A stretch of DNA of 63,346 nucleotides, filler included, from Saprolegnia diclina VS20 (lineage: Eukaryota): NCBI RefSeq assembly GCF_000281045.1. It is 6 parts of 2 records of this genome, joined end to end, with 100 filler letters (N's around TTAATTAATTAA, not from the genome) between each part and the next. Parts side by side here need not be neighbours in the genome. Positions count along the whole stretch, not along the records: positions 1 to 31,473 come from NW_008246083.1; 5 more parts are not named here. One strand, written 5' to 3'. Numbering within the stretch: the stretch's first letter is position 1; each line of letters opens with the position of its first letter. A program made the translations under genes and the position numbers. Below are positions 11,786-23,380 of the stretch, one piece after another. Below the pieces are notes generated by a model, which was not told the origin of the DNA, made no database searches, and saw only the letters and a program-made list of their open reading frames with translations.

Positions 11786-14700
11786 ATGGAGGTAGAGGCC
11801 GATGCGAGGACCATGGCTCATGATGGACGTAGCATGCCAAGGACATCGTCCTCGATGGTCATGAACCATCGACCTTCCTGCGCCACGGCTGGCTGCCCGG
11901 CGTGGCCGAGCTCCTCGGCCAAGCGACCTTCCGCACGCTTCTGCAAGAGGCGCTGCCCACGCCGGTACGGCGCCATCTTGGATCGTCTTCTCATGCAGTA
12001 TATGCTAGGCGCACTTGGCGGACGAGTACCATCCACCGCACTTTCATCCTGCGAGCATCGGCCTCAACTGGTCCGACCACCGCAGCAGCATGGACGTCGA
12101 GCTCCTCGAATGCATCTTGTTCCGGAGGCGGTCCGCGTTCTTGTCGGCGCTCGTGACGCCCAAGCCACCAACGAGTGTCGACCCGGACACGCCACCGCTC
12201 TCGAGCATGGAAAAGCGCACGCAGGAGGGCGCGGCCGTCTTCTCCCCGTCCAACATGGACCAAGAGCTTGTCGACGAAGAGTCGGTGTACATTGGGCAGA
12301 GCATCCTCCTCTCGCTTCTCGTGTCCCAGCATTGCCCCGAATCGCTGCGATCAACGCTCACCGACGTCTTCTCGGCGCACTGCAAGACGCTCAGCGAGAC
12401 GCTCGTCAAGCTCCTAGCGTCGCCGTCGACAACGTGGAGCCCAATGCTGTTTCTCTCGCTCCTCGGCGGCCTCCTCATGCTCGTGGACGCCCCCGAGCTC
12501 GTGCTCTCGACGCGCATCGCGCTCGATGCGATCCCGCTCCTCGGCCGACTGCAGGCCGCGATTGTCGAGAGCGGCGTGACCGAGGCTTTTTCCCATTCCG
12601 ACAAGCGCAAGGTCGACGACGCCAGCAGCGTCTTCCACCCGCTCAAGCGCCAGCGCACGACGCAGTACAGCATCCGGCTCGACGAAGGGCCGAGCAGCAG
12701 TAGCAGCAGCAACCACCTGAGCTTTGCGACCGCGGTCCAGATCATGCTCGACAGCGTCGAGAGCACAATGGCCGGCCCGACAAGCGACCTCGGGCTTCAA
12801 CATTCGTACGAGTCGAGCACCGCGGGTCTGCGCTCGGAGGACATTGACTGCGTGCGCATGATCATGCTGTATCTGAACGTGTCGGGGCAGACGGCCAAGC
12901 AACTCTTGCGCGCGTCCAAGACCGCGAGCATGATTCTGCCGTCGTCCGTCTCGATGTTTGTCCAAGTCATGCTGTACGTGGCGACGCACCCGAGCCATTT
13001 GCCGCTCATGCAGATCGAAATGGAGATGGAGTGCATCAAGATGAGTCTCTCGCTCCTCTTTGAACTTCAAATGACGATCACAGCCGTCGAGCACCAGGAG
13101 GAGCCTGTCCAGGTAACGCCGCATGCAGCTCGACGAGGCTGATGCGATAGACTCTACGATTTAGGTGCTCCACGAAGACGTGCACCAGAAGCTCATGCGC
13201 TGGAAGGGCGCGATGGCCGTGCTCCTCTCGCTCGGCTGGACGATCAACACGTCGGGGTGGTATCGACTCGAGTTTTTCAAGGTCCCGCACGGCGTCCCGC
13301 ACCTTCAGGACGCCAAGCGCATGCTCACAAAGTACATTGCGATCTGCGAGCTCCGACTCAAACAGCTCAGTGACACGCACGCGTATTTGCACCAGCAGCA
13401 GCAAATTCGGCTCTCCAAGACCGAGGTATCTCTTTGTATCAATCTATCAAGACTACATACACACCCTGTCCTAGTCGCCGGAAATGGCATTTGCGTGTCC
13501 GTGGACCGCACACACGTTCTTGTCTGCCAACGAGCTCGTCGACCATGTGACGCGCGTCGAGCCGTGGCTCCGCACGATGGTGTACACGCGGTTTCACAAG
13601 CTCTTTTGGCAGCCGCCGTCGGCGCACGGTACCTTCTCGGCGACTACGTTTCCGAGTTATTCGAGCTGTCGCCATGAAGTGCTCGCGTCGTGCGGTCCGT
13701 CGCCTGCGTTTTTTTGGCACCAGTTTTTGCAGCACGTGGCGCATGTGCAGACGCGGCTCGAAGCGCACTTGGTCCAGCTGCCACTGCCGTCGAATGCGCT
13801 GGCGTTCGACTGCCTTCACGTCGTCCCGCTCACGCCGTCGCAGGACGTTGACTTCGCGCTTGCGGCCGTGTACCCGACCGAAACGCGGCTCGTCCAAGCG
13901 CTCGCGCCGCCGTCCACGAGCTCGTCGAGTGGTGCGAGCCAGTTTCTGCGGGCGCTCCAGGACGGCCCGCTCTCGGAGGCGATGGAGACGTGGCTGTGCG
14001 ACATTCGGGGGCCGCTGCGGCGCAAGGCGACGCCTGGCATTGCACGCGTCGAGCGTCTCGTGCTCAGCTTGGGCCTCATGCTCTCGGACGCGGTGGTCGC
14101 GAAGATCGAGAGCGGCATGGACGACGCGGGGCTGCAGCTTGTCGTGGGCCCGTGGCGCCAGTTTTGCATGTGGCTGGAGCAGCACGCACAGAGCCAGCCG
14201 TCTTCGTTGGCGACGCTGGAGGCGTGGTGCCTCTTTCTCCACCAGATTTGGGTCGGTCCGTCCATGGCGCTCTGGACGCAAGAGCCCTCGACGCAACATG
14301 CGCTCACGTCGCTCTTTGTGTTTTTGCGTGCGATGGCCGACACGCCGCTCACGCTGCCATTGCGTCAGACCGTCCTCATGCAGCGCCGCGTTGTCTGGCT
14401 CCAACTGCTTGGTCTGCACTTGCTCGCAGCATCGTCGCCGTCCGTGCCCGGCCACCGGCGCGCGCTGCACGTGCTGTTAGACGTCTGCCACCGGCCGAAT
14501 GTGCTGCAACGCGCGACCAGCCGCGGCTGGCACGACCTCGTGTTGCAGTCGCAGCAGTGGTCGTTGCCGGCCGACGCCGCGCCACTGCTGCACTGCTTAT
14601 GGCAGCAGCCAATTGCTTCTGTGTCGACACTGCGTCGGAATCGTTGTCAAGAAGGCGCGTTGCGCTTGCTGCTCCAGGCGCCGATGCTAAGCGAGGCGAC

Positions 14701-17700
14701 GTGGGCATCGGCGCTCTCGATGGTCGCCGCTTCGAGCCCCACCAACGCCGACGTGACGCAACTTGTTGTCGATTTTCTGCGTCGAGTGGTCGACGATGCG
14801 ACACTTGTGGAGAAGGCAACCGCGCTCGCACGCATTGCGCTGGCCTGGCTGGCGGTGCCGGACGAGACGAGTCCATGGCGCGACGCGATCGTCGACCCGC
14901 TCTTGGCGCAGCTCCCGCACTGGCCACTCGCGACCCAACGCCAAGTGCTCTCGCTGCTACCGACACTCTTGCTGCACGTGGCGCCCGCGTCGGCTGTCGT
15001 GCAGTTTCTCTTGTGCCTCACCGCGTGCCAGGAAGCATGCGACGCGCCGCACCCGACGTTTGTCGGCGGACGTGTTGTCTTGAGCGACGGCGCGGTGTAC
15101 AGCGACCCGTCGCTGTCGTTCCAAGCACTCGACGTGCTCCGGCAGCTCTACGCATCGCCGCTCTGGGCTAATTGCGTGCGCGACGCCCTCGACACGGCAC
15201 TACGCCACGACTACATGGACGCCAAGGACGAGGCCGTGATGGATCAACTGCTGGCGCTCGGCGCACTCATGCTCACAACGACTGCGATTTCACCTGCGTA
15301 TGCGCTGTTTCCGGGCCAGCGCGTCGCGGCCACGCCGGCAGACGACGCCTCGATCGAAGCGCTGAGCCAGGCGCAGGTGACCCGCGGCGTCCTTCTCAGT
15401 CTGCGCGTCGATCCCAAAACGTGTCGCGCATCGGCGTCGTGCCTCTTCCTCTCGCGGTCGGTCGCATCGCTCTACTACACGACCCAGTGCTCGGTGGGGC
15501 TATTGGCGCTGGCGTCGCCAATCGTCGCGTGTCTCCCGAGTGACCTTGCCGGCCATTGCGCCAGCATCGAGCGGCAACTGGAGGTTCGGCCAAACGTCCT
15601 CGCCACACCGCTCGGACTCTGGTTGCTCCACGCGTTATGCACGCTTCTCGATCTCGGCCAAATTGACAAGCACAAGTGGACTGCGTGGCTCTTAGACGTG
15701 GCGGTGGCGCCGTCGACGATTCCAGTGCCGGCGTGCGTGCAGTCGTGTTTGGCGCTGCAACCACCAACGTACTGGCAGGCGCAAGGCGTGTACCGGTCGA
15801 TGGCGGCCGAGTGCGACCGGATCGCGCGTCTCGTGGCTTCGACAGGGTCCTCGCCGGTGCTGAGCGGCTTGCGCATTCACCCGCGCCGGCCCGAGGTGGC
15901 GGCCGCTGCCTCACCGCACCGGGCATCGACGCGGTTGCCAATCGACGATATTTTGACGCCGACACTGCTGTCCAAGCTTTCCAACACGCCGCCGCAAGTC
16001 GCCGACTCGGACGACATGGCGCGCTTGCTCAACATGGGCTGGTCGGCGCCCATTTGCGCGTACGTGCTGCGGTACTACCCCGGCAACTTTGACGGCGCGC
16101 TCCAGTGGTTGACGTACGAAGGCAACTCGGAGGACGTGCACCGCCTCCGCGTGACGGGCGCCCAGCCGCCGCCAGACCCGCCGCTCGTGCCACGTATGCG
16201 GCCCGAGCTCAAGAACGCGCTCCTCTCGCCGTACAGCGAAGGCCACAGCGACGACTACTTCTATCACCACGTGCCAGTCGTCGAGGCGCTGCGGCAAGTG
16301 CCACGCGAGTGTTTCGTGCCCCATTTGTACCTCAAGGATGTCGAAGTGGACAATGCGGTGCAGCACCCGCTGGGGTACACAGTGCCCAACATGGCGCAGT
16401 GCAACCAGCTCGTGCATGCGCTCGACGTCAAGCCCGGTACAGTGTTTGTTTCAACGGACCGCAAGTCTCATCGTGTGTAGGCGTCTCGGTGCTGGACGTG
16501 GGCACGGGCTCTGGGTACTTTGCGACGCTCCTCGCCCACCTCTACGGCGACCGGCTCCGCGTCACGTCGTGGGAGCGCGACGTGCACCGCTTGGCGTACG
16601 CGTACCTGCACATGGCGCGCAGTGTCACGTCGCTTCATGGCGAGCCGCTCCGGCGACCGTCGTTCTTTGACGCGATCGAGTTTCGCGTCTGTGATGCGTT
16701 CGCCCCGACCGACGACTGCCATGGCGCGGTCTTTGACCGCGTGCACGTTGGCGCGTCGTGCCCGCGCGAGAGCGTCCAGCTTCTCTTTGAGCTGGTGGCC
16801 GACCACGGCATCATGGTGATCCCGATCGACGGTACACTGCATCGCATTGAAAAGACGGCGCGGCATTGGCACGACTGCCGCTGCCTCGTGCTGGGCGCGC
16901 TGAGTATCGAGAGCCTTGTCGCGCCGTCGGTCGAGCTCCTCGCGCAGGTGACGCCGACGCTACAGCACCGTACGGTCCACGTCGCCCAAGGTCTGCATGC
17001 GTTTGAAGAGCGGGCGAGCGCCGAGAAGCCGCTCGTGCTCAGCTGGAACGCCGAAGACCCGTACGCGTCACCGATGTCGCCGCACCATGCGTGGTGTGCG
17101 CCGCTCTTGACGCGTCACATGGCCGTGCGCATAGAGTCGGAGACGAATGAGCTCGTGCAGCGCGGTCTCTCGGACGCTGGCTTTGTTGTCGTGCGACTGG
17201 GCGGTGCGCGCTGCCAGCTCCAAGAGCTCTCGCTGGGCGTCAAGATCAGTGACGCGTCGCTCAAGGTCTGCGTCCTCTGATAGCCGCCTCTAACTTGCAT
17301 CTGTAGGTGTCGAACCGAGGCAGCTTTGGCACAGCGTGCGCCAACGTGGCCGTGCGGGGTGGCGGGCGCTGGTTTTACGAGATTCGCATCGGCACGTCCA
17401 AAGTGATCCAGATCGGGTGGGTCCTTCCGGGCTTTGACCCCAACCCCGAAAGCGGCCTCGGCGTCGGCGACGACGCGTTCAGCTACGCGTACGACGGGCG
17501 GCGCAAGAAGAAGTGGTTTTGCGGTCGCAACGAAGAGTACTGCAAGCAAATGTGCAAGGCCGGCGACGTGGTCGGCTGCCTCTTGGACCTTGACGCAGGG
17601 TACCGCTCTCATCTCGTAAACGGGGTGCTCATGTTGTTGGACTGTCTAGGACGATGACGTTCTACCTCAACGGTGTCTCGCTGGGCGTCGCCTTCTCGGG

Positions 17701-20700
17701 CCTCGAGCGGGACATTGTGCACGGCGGCTATGCTCCTGCGTGCTCGATGGACGGCGGCGAGTCGGTTTGGTTCAACTTTGGCGCGACCCCGTTCCTGTAC
17801 CCGCCACCACCGTCGCCGCCGTTTTGCGCGTTGACGCACTTTACGTACCGGCCGCTGCCGACACCGCCGACGCTGCCATTGGCGCGTGTCGTGTCGGTCG
17901 ATCATGACGCAGGCCGCGTCGTCGTTGTTTGCGCCAACAACGTCGAGCATGTGGTGCCAATAGACAGCGTTCGGCCGATCGACGAGCCGCTGGCGTCGTG
18001 GATGCCGCCGTCGCTCGCGTCGAGCGACTTGCGCGCCATCAAAGAGTCGTTGGCGACGCACGAAGCGATCGCGGGCTTGCGCTACTGGCTGCTGGCGTCG
18101 ATGCGGCCGTCGCTGCGCCTTGCCGACCAAGCGCGGCTGCTTGAAGTCACGTCCGAGGGCCGCGTGTGCCCCCAGCATTTGTGCTTGGACAACGTGCGGG
18201 ACGACGACGCCGCGTGGATGCGGGAGACGATGACGTCGCAGCTGCAACAACGTCAAGTGCCCGAGATGATGGTTGTTGAAGCGTCGCGGCATCCGCTGAG
18301 CACGCGGCTGATCGCAGTCTCGGTCAACGTGTCGAGCTGCCTCAAGATGATCCGAACGCACCTTGGCGACGTCGACGCGCACTTGGAGAAGGGCCAGACG
18401 CGCGCAGCGTTCACGTTATTGCAGCGCATCACGGACGTTGTGCTCGAGAAAACGAACCGCGAGAGCGGCGACCACTTGCAGCGGTGTCGGCTGGCGCTCG
18501 ACAAGGTGTACCAAGCGATTCGCACGGCCGACATGAGCTACCACCATGAGATGAATCTGCACCTCGACCACTTGATCTCGCTCGAGCACCGGCGCAACCC
18601 GCGGCCGATGCTCGAAAAGGTCATGGAGCTCAAGAAGGCGCTGCAGGCGTTTGAGGAGCTCGTCGCGCCAACCTCGATCGTGCCCATCGAGACGGTCCAT
18701 GGCAAATACGTGGGTACGCCTCTCTCTAGCATGTAAAATTCGTAACCAAACGAGTAGGGATTGCGTCGGCCACGTCGCTCCTCGTCGAGTTTGACACGCG
18801 GACGTCGCGGTCGCACTGGAAGCTTGTGTTCTACGCCGACGCTGCGTGCACGCGCCGGCTGCCGTGGGTCCTGTCGCGCGACGGTCTCCGGCCATTTGTG
18901 GTCCCCGCGAGCCACTTTTACTACTCGTTCGTGCCCGACGTGGCCGCCAACATGACGGCCGAATGGGGCTACGCGTTCCGCGTGACGCCGTATCGCACAG
19001 CGTCGCCGCCGCTCTGGGCGCCGTGGCCGGTCGACGCCAGCCTTCTTCCGCGCGAGTGGTCGTCGACCACGAACCTCGTCGAGTGGCTTCAGACCGCGCT
19101 CGTCTACTGCCGCATTCCGGGCGCGCGCTTGAAAGAAGATGTCATGGCGTGGGTGCTCCGTGTTTTGCCGTCGTCGCTCGACCCGACGTCGGTGACCAAG
19201 CCGCTCCTCGAGCATTTTTTGTACTGCGCGCTGCCCGAGCTCAATGTGCTGTTTCGCGACTCGGTGCGCTGGCAGCTGCACAACCATCGGTACTTTCAAA
19301 TGCTCTTGCAGCTCTGCACGTCGCTGATCGCGGCGCTGCCGTCGTACGCGCCGCCGTCGTACAGCGTCGAGGCGTTTGGGTACCACGCCGAAGTGCACCC
19401 GTGGCACGCCGACCTCGTCGCGACGATCGACGGCCTCCGACAACTGCAGGTCGCGCATGTCGTCGACGTTGCGCGCTGGCGGCCGGTCGTTGAAAGCCAC
19501 TTTCACTCGCTTCGCGTCCTCAAAGAGGCGCTCAAGCAGTTTGAAGCGTCGGTCAAGTCGGACGTTCAGCGCTGGCACAAGAACCGGCGCGAGTGCTGGC
19601 TGCGCCAAGTCGAGCAGGCGTACCATCCGGCGCTGCTCGCGCCGCTTCTCTGTGTATTCAACGATACGCTCTCGGCGAGCTCGCGCGACGGCGGGTGGAG
19701 CTCGGAGAAAACCAAGTGGTTGCGCAGCGTGCACGCAGCGTGCACAGTCGGTACGTCTCGTGCATGGTTTCACCACGCGCATTTGGTTCATGGTAGGCGC
19801 GATCGCTCGGCAGCTGCTCGTGCTAGCAGGGTGCATTGACACGGATGCACACAGCCCGGCGTGGAGTTGCCAGAGCTACGACTGGCGCAAAGCGGTCGTC
19901 AACCTTACGAAGGAGCCGTTCCTTGTCGATACGCTTTTGCCGGCGGCAGCGATCTGGTGCGACGGAAGCCTCTTGCCGGACGTGGCCGAGTCGGCGCCGC
20001 GTGCGCAGACCATCTTTGAGGACAACGCCAAGCTCTTCCGCGTCCGTGAGGCGCGCAACGTGCACGTGCTCGGGTCGTTTGAGGATCTCGTGCTGCTCCG
20101 GAAGCTCAGCATTCGTATCCCCAAAAAGTACTCCAACACGCCGGTCGTCGCCGGCCTCGTCTTTGTGTACCACGAGAGCCCGACCGCCCACGACATGGAG
20201 AAGCTCCGCGAGTACGACCACTTTACGAGCGACAAGTACGAGGCGTACGTGACAGCGATGCGTCAGCAGCAGATGATTCCGCTCCCAGTACACACGATAG
20301 GATCCAAGAGGAGGCTTATGCAGGGTGTTAGGGCGACCCGATCGGCTACTTCGACGTGGGCTCGCCGCACTTTTTGCAGGGCAACAATGTGATCACGGTC
20401 GTGCCCGAGTTTGCGATCATGGGACGCGTCGTCGTCATCAAGCTCCTGCGTTGCTACAACATTCGCGCCATGGAAGGTACGAAGACGAGTCCTTCATTGG
20501 CCACTGCTTGAGATTGATGTGAAGATTTGGCCGACGCGGTCAAGCGTGACGAAGAGCACGGCGGTCCGAAAGACCGCGCGCTGCACAACCCCGTGTACCT
20601 CTGGTGCTACAAGCCGCACGAAGAGGTAGCGTACGCACGCAACTGGCTGCCGGACAGAGTGGGATTGCATAGTGGCTGGCGTATCCGCTGGACGTCGAGT

Positions 20701-23339
20701 ACATGCTCGAGACTCAGTACCAAGCGTACTGCAGCGGCGAGAGCTTGGCAAGCCACGCCGACAATGTCGTTGTCGGCGGCGACCACGTGGTCGTCGACTT
20801 CACGCGCATGCTCATGCAGACGCCGAGCGGCGACGAGCTCAACAAGATGTCGACGCTCTGCCGCGTCAAGCGCCTCGTGGTGTCGGTGGACCTCAAAGTG
20901 AAGCTCACCGCGCACCACTCGATGGAGGTCGAGTACGTGGGGCTGTACGGCCTGGCGGGCCAGGTATGCTTGGCTTGTACTGCGCAACCTGGTGCGACGT
21001 CGTTTGGACAACTAGGCAGCCCAAGACGCCTACTCGTCCTGGACGCTGCAGTACCACAACAAGTTTACGAACGCCGTCATAAAGAGCGCGCCGAGTGGAG
21101 CCGCCGATCACGAGATCTACCGCGTCTTGAGCGAGAAGGCGCCCGTGTACGGCTTTCCAACGCTCTCGGCGTCGGTCGCGTTTCACGTCTTGTATGGCGA
21201 GATCGTGGTCGTCTCGCGCCGGCTCGGGCGCTGGGGCCGGCTCCTCCAGCACCCCGGGGCGCCGGACGCGTGGGTACTTCTCGACTCGCACCAGCCGTCC
21301 TTTTTTCGGATACCGCGGGCACAGGCCGCCGCCCACGCCGCCGTGCCATGGCTCCTCGGTTCGTGCGATGTTTTGTGGCGGTTGCTGATGACATGGAGCT
21401 AGACGTGTTTTGTGTGGCGCCTGCCGGTGATGCGTACAAGGGTGTCATCGTCGCGGACCTTCCGCACTTTGTGAGTACGACGCTCGTCGACGTCGTCAAC
21501 AAGTAGCGCCTCTCTCTCGCGTCTGTTGAAACGAATGTGGCGACGTAGGCTGCGCGAAGTGCGGGGACGCTGTGCACTGAGCCTCGTGGCCAACGACGTG
21601 AGCCAGTTTTTCGACTCTGACGCGGGTCGCGTGGCAAGCCAGAGCCTCCAGTCATTCTCGCTGCCTGTGCTCATGGGTCGCCTGGACATTCTCCGCCACC
21701 TCAACCAGCGCCTCGTGCCGTACGTGATGCTGCTCGGGATTGGCTCGACGCTCTCGACGCAGCACCCGACTTGGCTCGCCGGTCTTGTCACGCACGCCAA
21801 GAGCCTCCTCTTCCTCGAGACGAAAATGGCTGTCTGGAAGGTACGACCATATCTCTCTCCTCGACAGGATTTGAGTGGAATGGGTAGAAAATCTGGAGCG
21901 AGTCGTACAGCCTCGAACGGTCGTCCGAGGTCGTGAGCATCAACCGCCACATTGCGTTCAAGGTGCGCCCCGAGCTCATGGCGTCGCGGTCGTCGCTCGA
22001 CATGGACCGCCTCCGCGACGCGTACGCGTCGACGGTCTTTTGCCAGCTGTTTGACGAGCTCCGCCACACGCCGCCGGCGCTGCTGCGACGCAACGACGGC
22101 AAGTCGTGGTTTACAAAGTTCAAGGGCGAGCCGTCGATCGACGATGGCGGTCTCTACCGCGAAACCAACGCGACCATCGTACGTCGTATCTCGCTCTCTA
22201 GTTTTGGACAATCTTGTCATGTAGTGCTACGAGCTCAACCACGGTCTCGTGCCGCTCTTTGGGCTCTGCGCCAACGGCCAAAACGCCGATGGCTTGCACC
22301 AAAACACGCTCGTGCCCAACGTGTCGTGCCTGCGCTGGGTCGAGTGCTGTGACTGGTACAGCTTTGTGGGTGTCCTCATGGGCATTGCGACACAAAACCT
22401 CGAAGAAGTCTTCCCGATCGCCCTCGCGCGGCCGATCTGGAAGCTCCTCGTGGGCGAGCAGCTCTGGCCAAACGACCTCGACAGCTTTGATGCGGCGACG
22501 GCGCGCACGCTCGCCTTTTTGCGGGACCCGGCCATGGACCAAGAAACGTTTGACGCTGCGTTCCCAGACCTGACGTTTACGTGTCTCTTGAACGACGTTG
22601 TCGAGGTCGAGATATCGCCCAATGGCCGTCGTCGCCGCGTCGACTTTGGCGACCGGCTGGCCTATGCGGCGGCGCTCGAACAGTACAAGTTGCATCAGTT
22701 TGACGAGGCTGTCGGGTACATTGCGCGGGGCCTCCAGTCGATCGTACACGCCGAGCTGCTCACGATTTTTACGTGGAAGGAACTCGAGGTATGCACCTCG
22801 ATGATTACGAGTGATTTGACATGATGGCTAGCTCCTCGTGTGCGGTCGACCGACTCTCAACATGGAGTTGCTCAAGAAGAAGACCGAGTACTCGCCCGAT
22901 ATGGACAGCCACGACACGCTCGTGCTGCGCTTTTGGCGCACGCTGGCGTCGTTTACGTCGGACGAGCAGCAGCAATTGTACGTACGAGTCAAGCTGTGTC
23001 TCCGACTCATGGCTGTCTAGTCTGCAGTTTGTGTGGGGGCGGTCCCGGCTTCCGTTCAGTGAAGTCGACTTTGGAACGTACACGTTCAAGCTCGTGCGCC
23101 ACATGAGCGGCGGCAACCCGGACGAGTACCTCCCGGTGGCCCACACGTGCTTCTTCCAGGTGAGCTTGGGACCCTTTGTATCCTCGACTGCACGCTTGTT
23201 GTCGTAGCTCGAACTGCCCAACTACTCGTCCGATGAGATTATGAAGGCCAAGCTGCTGTATGCGATGACGCACTGCACGTCGATCGTCGACGAGGAGCAA
23301 GCGGCGCAGCAGCGGGACATTGCGCTCTGGGACTCGTAG
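11786..23339 (+). CDS. Giant HECT E3 ubiquitin ligase with PUB-like, UBA, PIMT/PCMT-like methyltransferase, SPRY, CUB-like, WWE and SH3b-like domains (about 3,500 aa, 20 introns)
   Basis: A continuous reading frame can be rebuilt through 20 short GT-AG introns. HECT: FKGEPSIDDGGLYRE, FTWKELE|LLVCG, FLQFVWGRSRLP, catalytic LPVAHTCFFQ|LELPNYSS. SPRY: GRWFYEIRI..IQIGW..GVGDDAFSYAYDG. UBA: LLNMGW...NFDGALQWL. PIMT: VEALRQVPRECFVP, VLDVGTGSGY, FDRVHVGA. Confidence 0.9.
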
Positions 23340-23380
23340 TCGGTTCCATGAAAATACATATATTTGTAGTCGATCGCGAG

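Noticed and set aside
3848..16920. Apparent methyltransferase cluster (FAM173-like, Rmt2/GAMT-like, PIMT domain)
   Set aside because: Unrelated families interspersed with unrelated genes in a eukaryote. No evidence of a functional cluster without synteny or co-expression data.
12044..19842. Many long antisense and alternate-frame ORFs over the HECT gene (and over other genes)
   Set aside because: Arg/Ala-rich shadow ORFs are expected in high-GC3 coding DNA.
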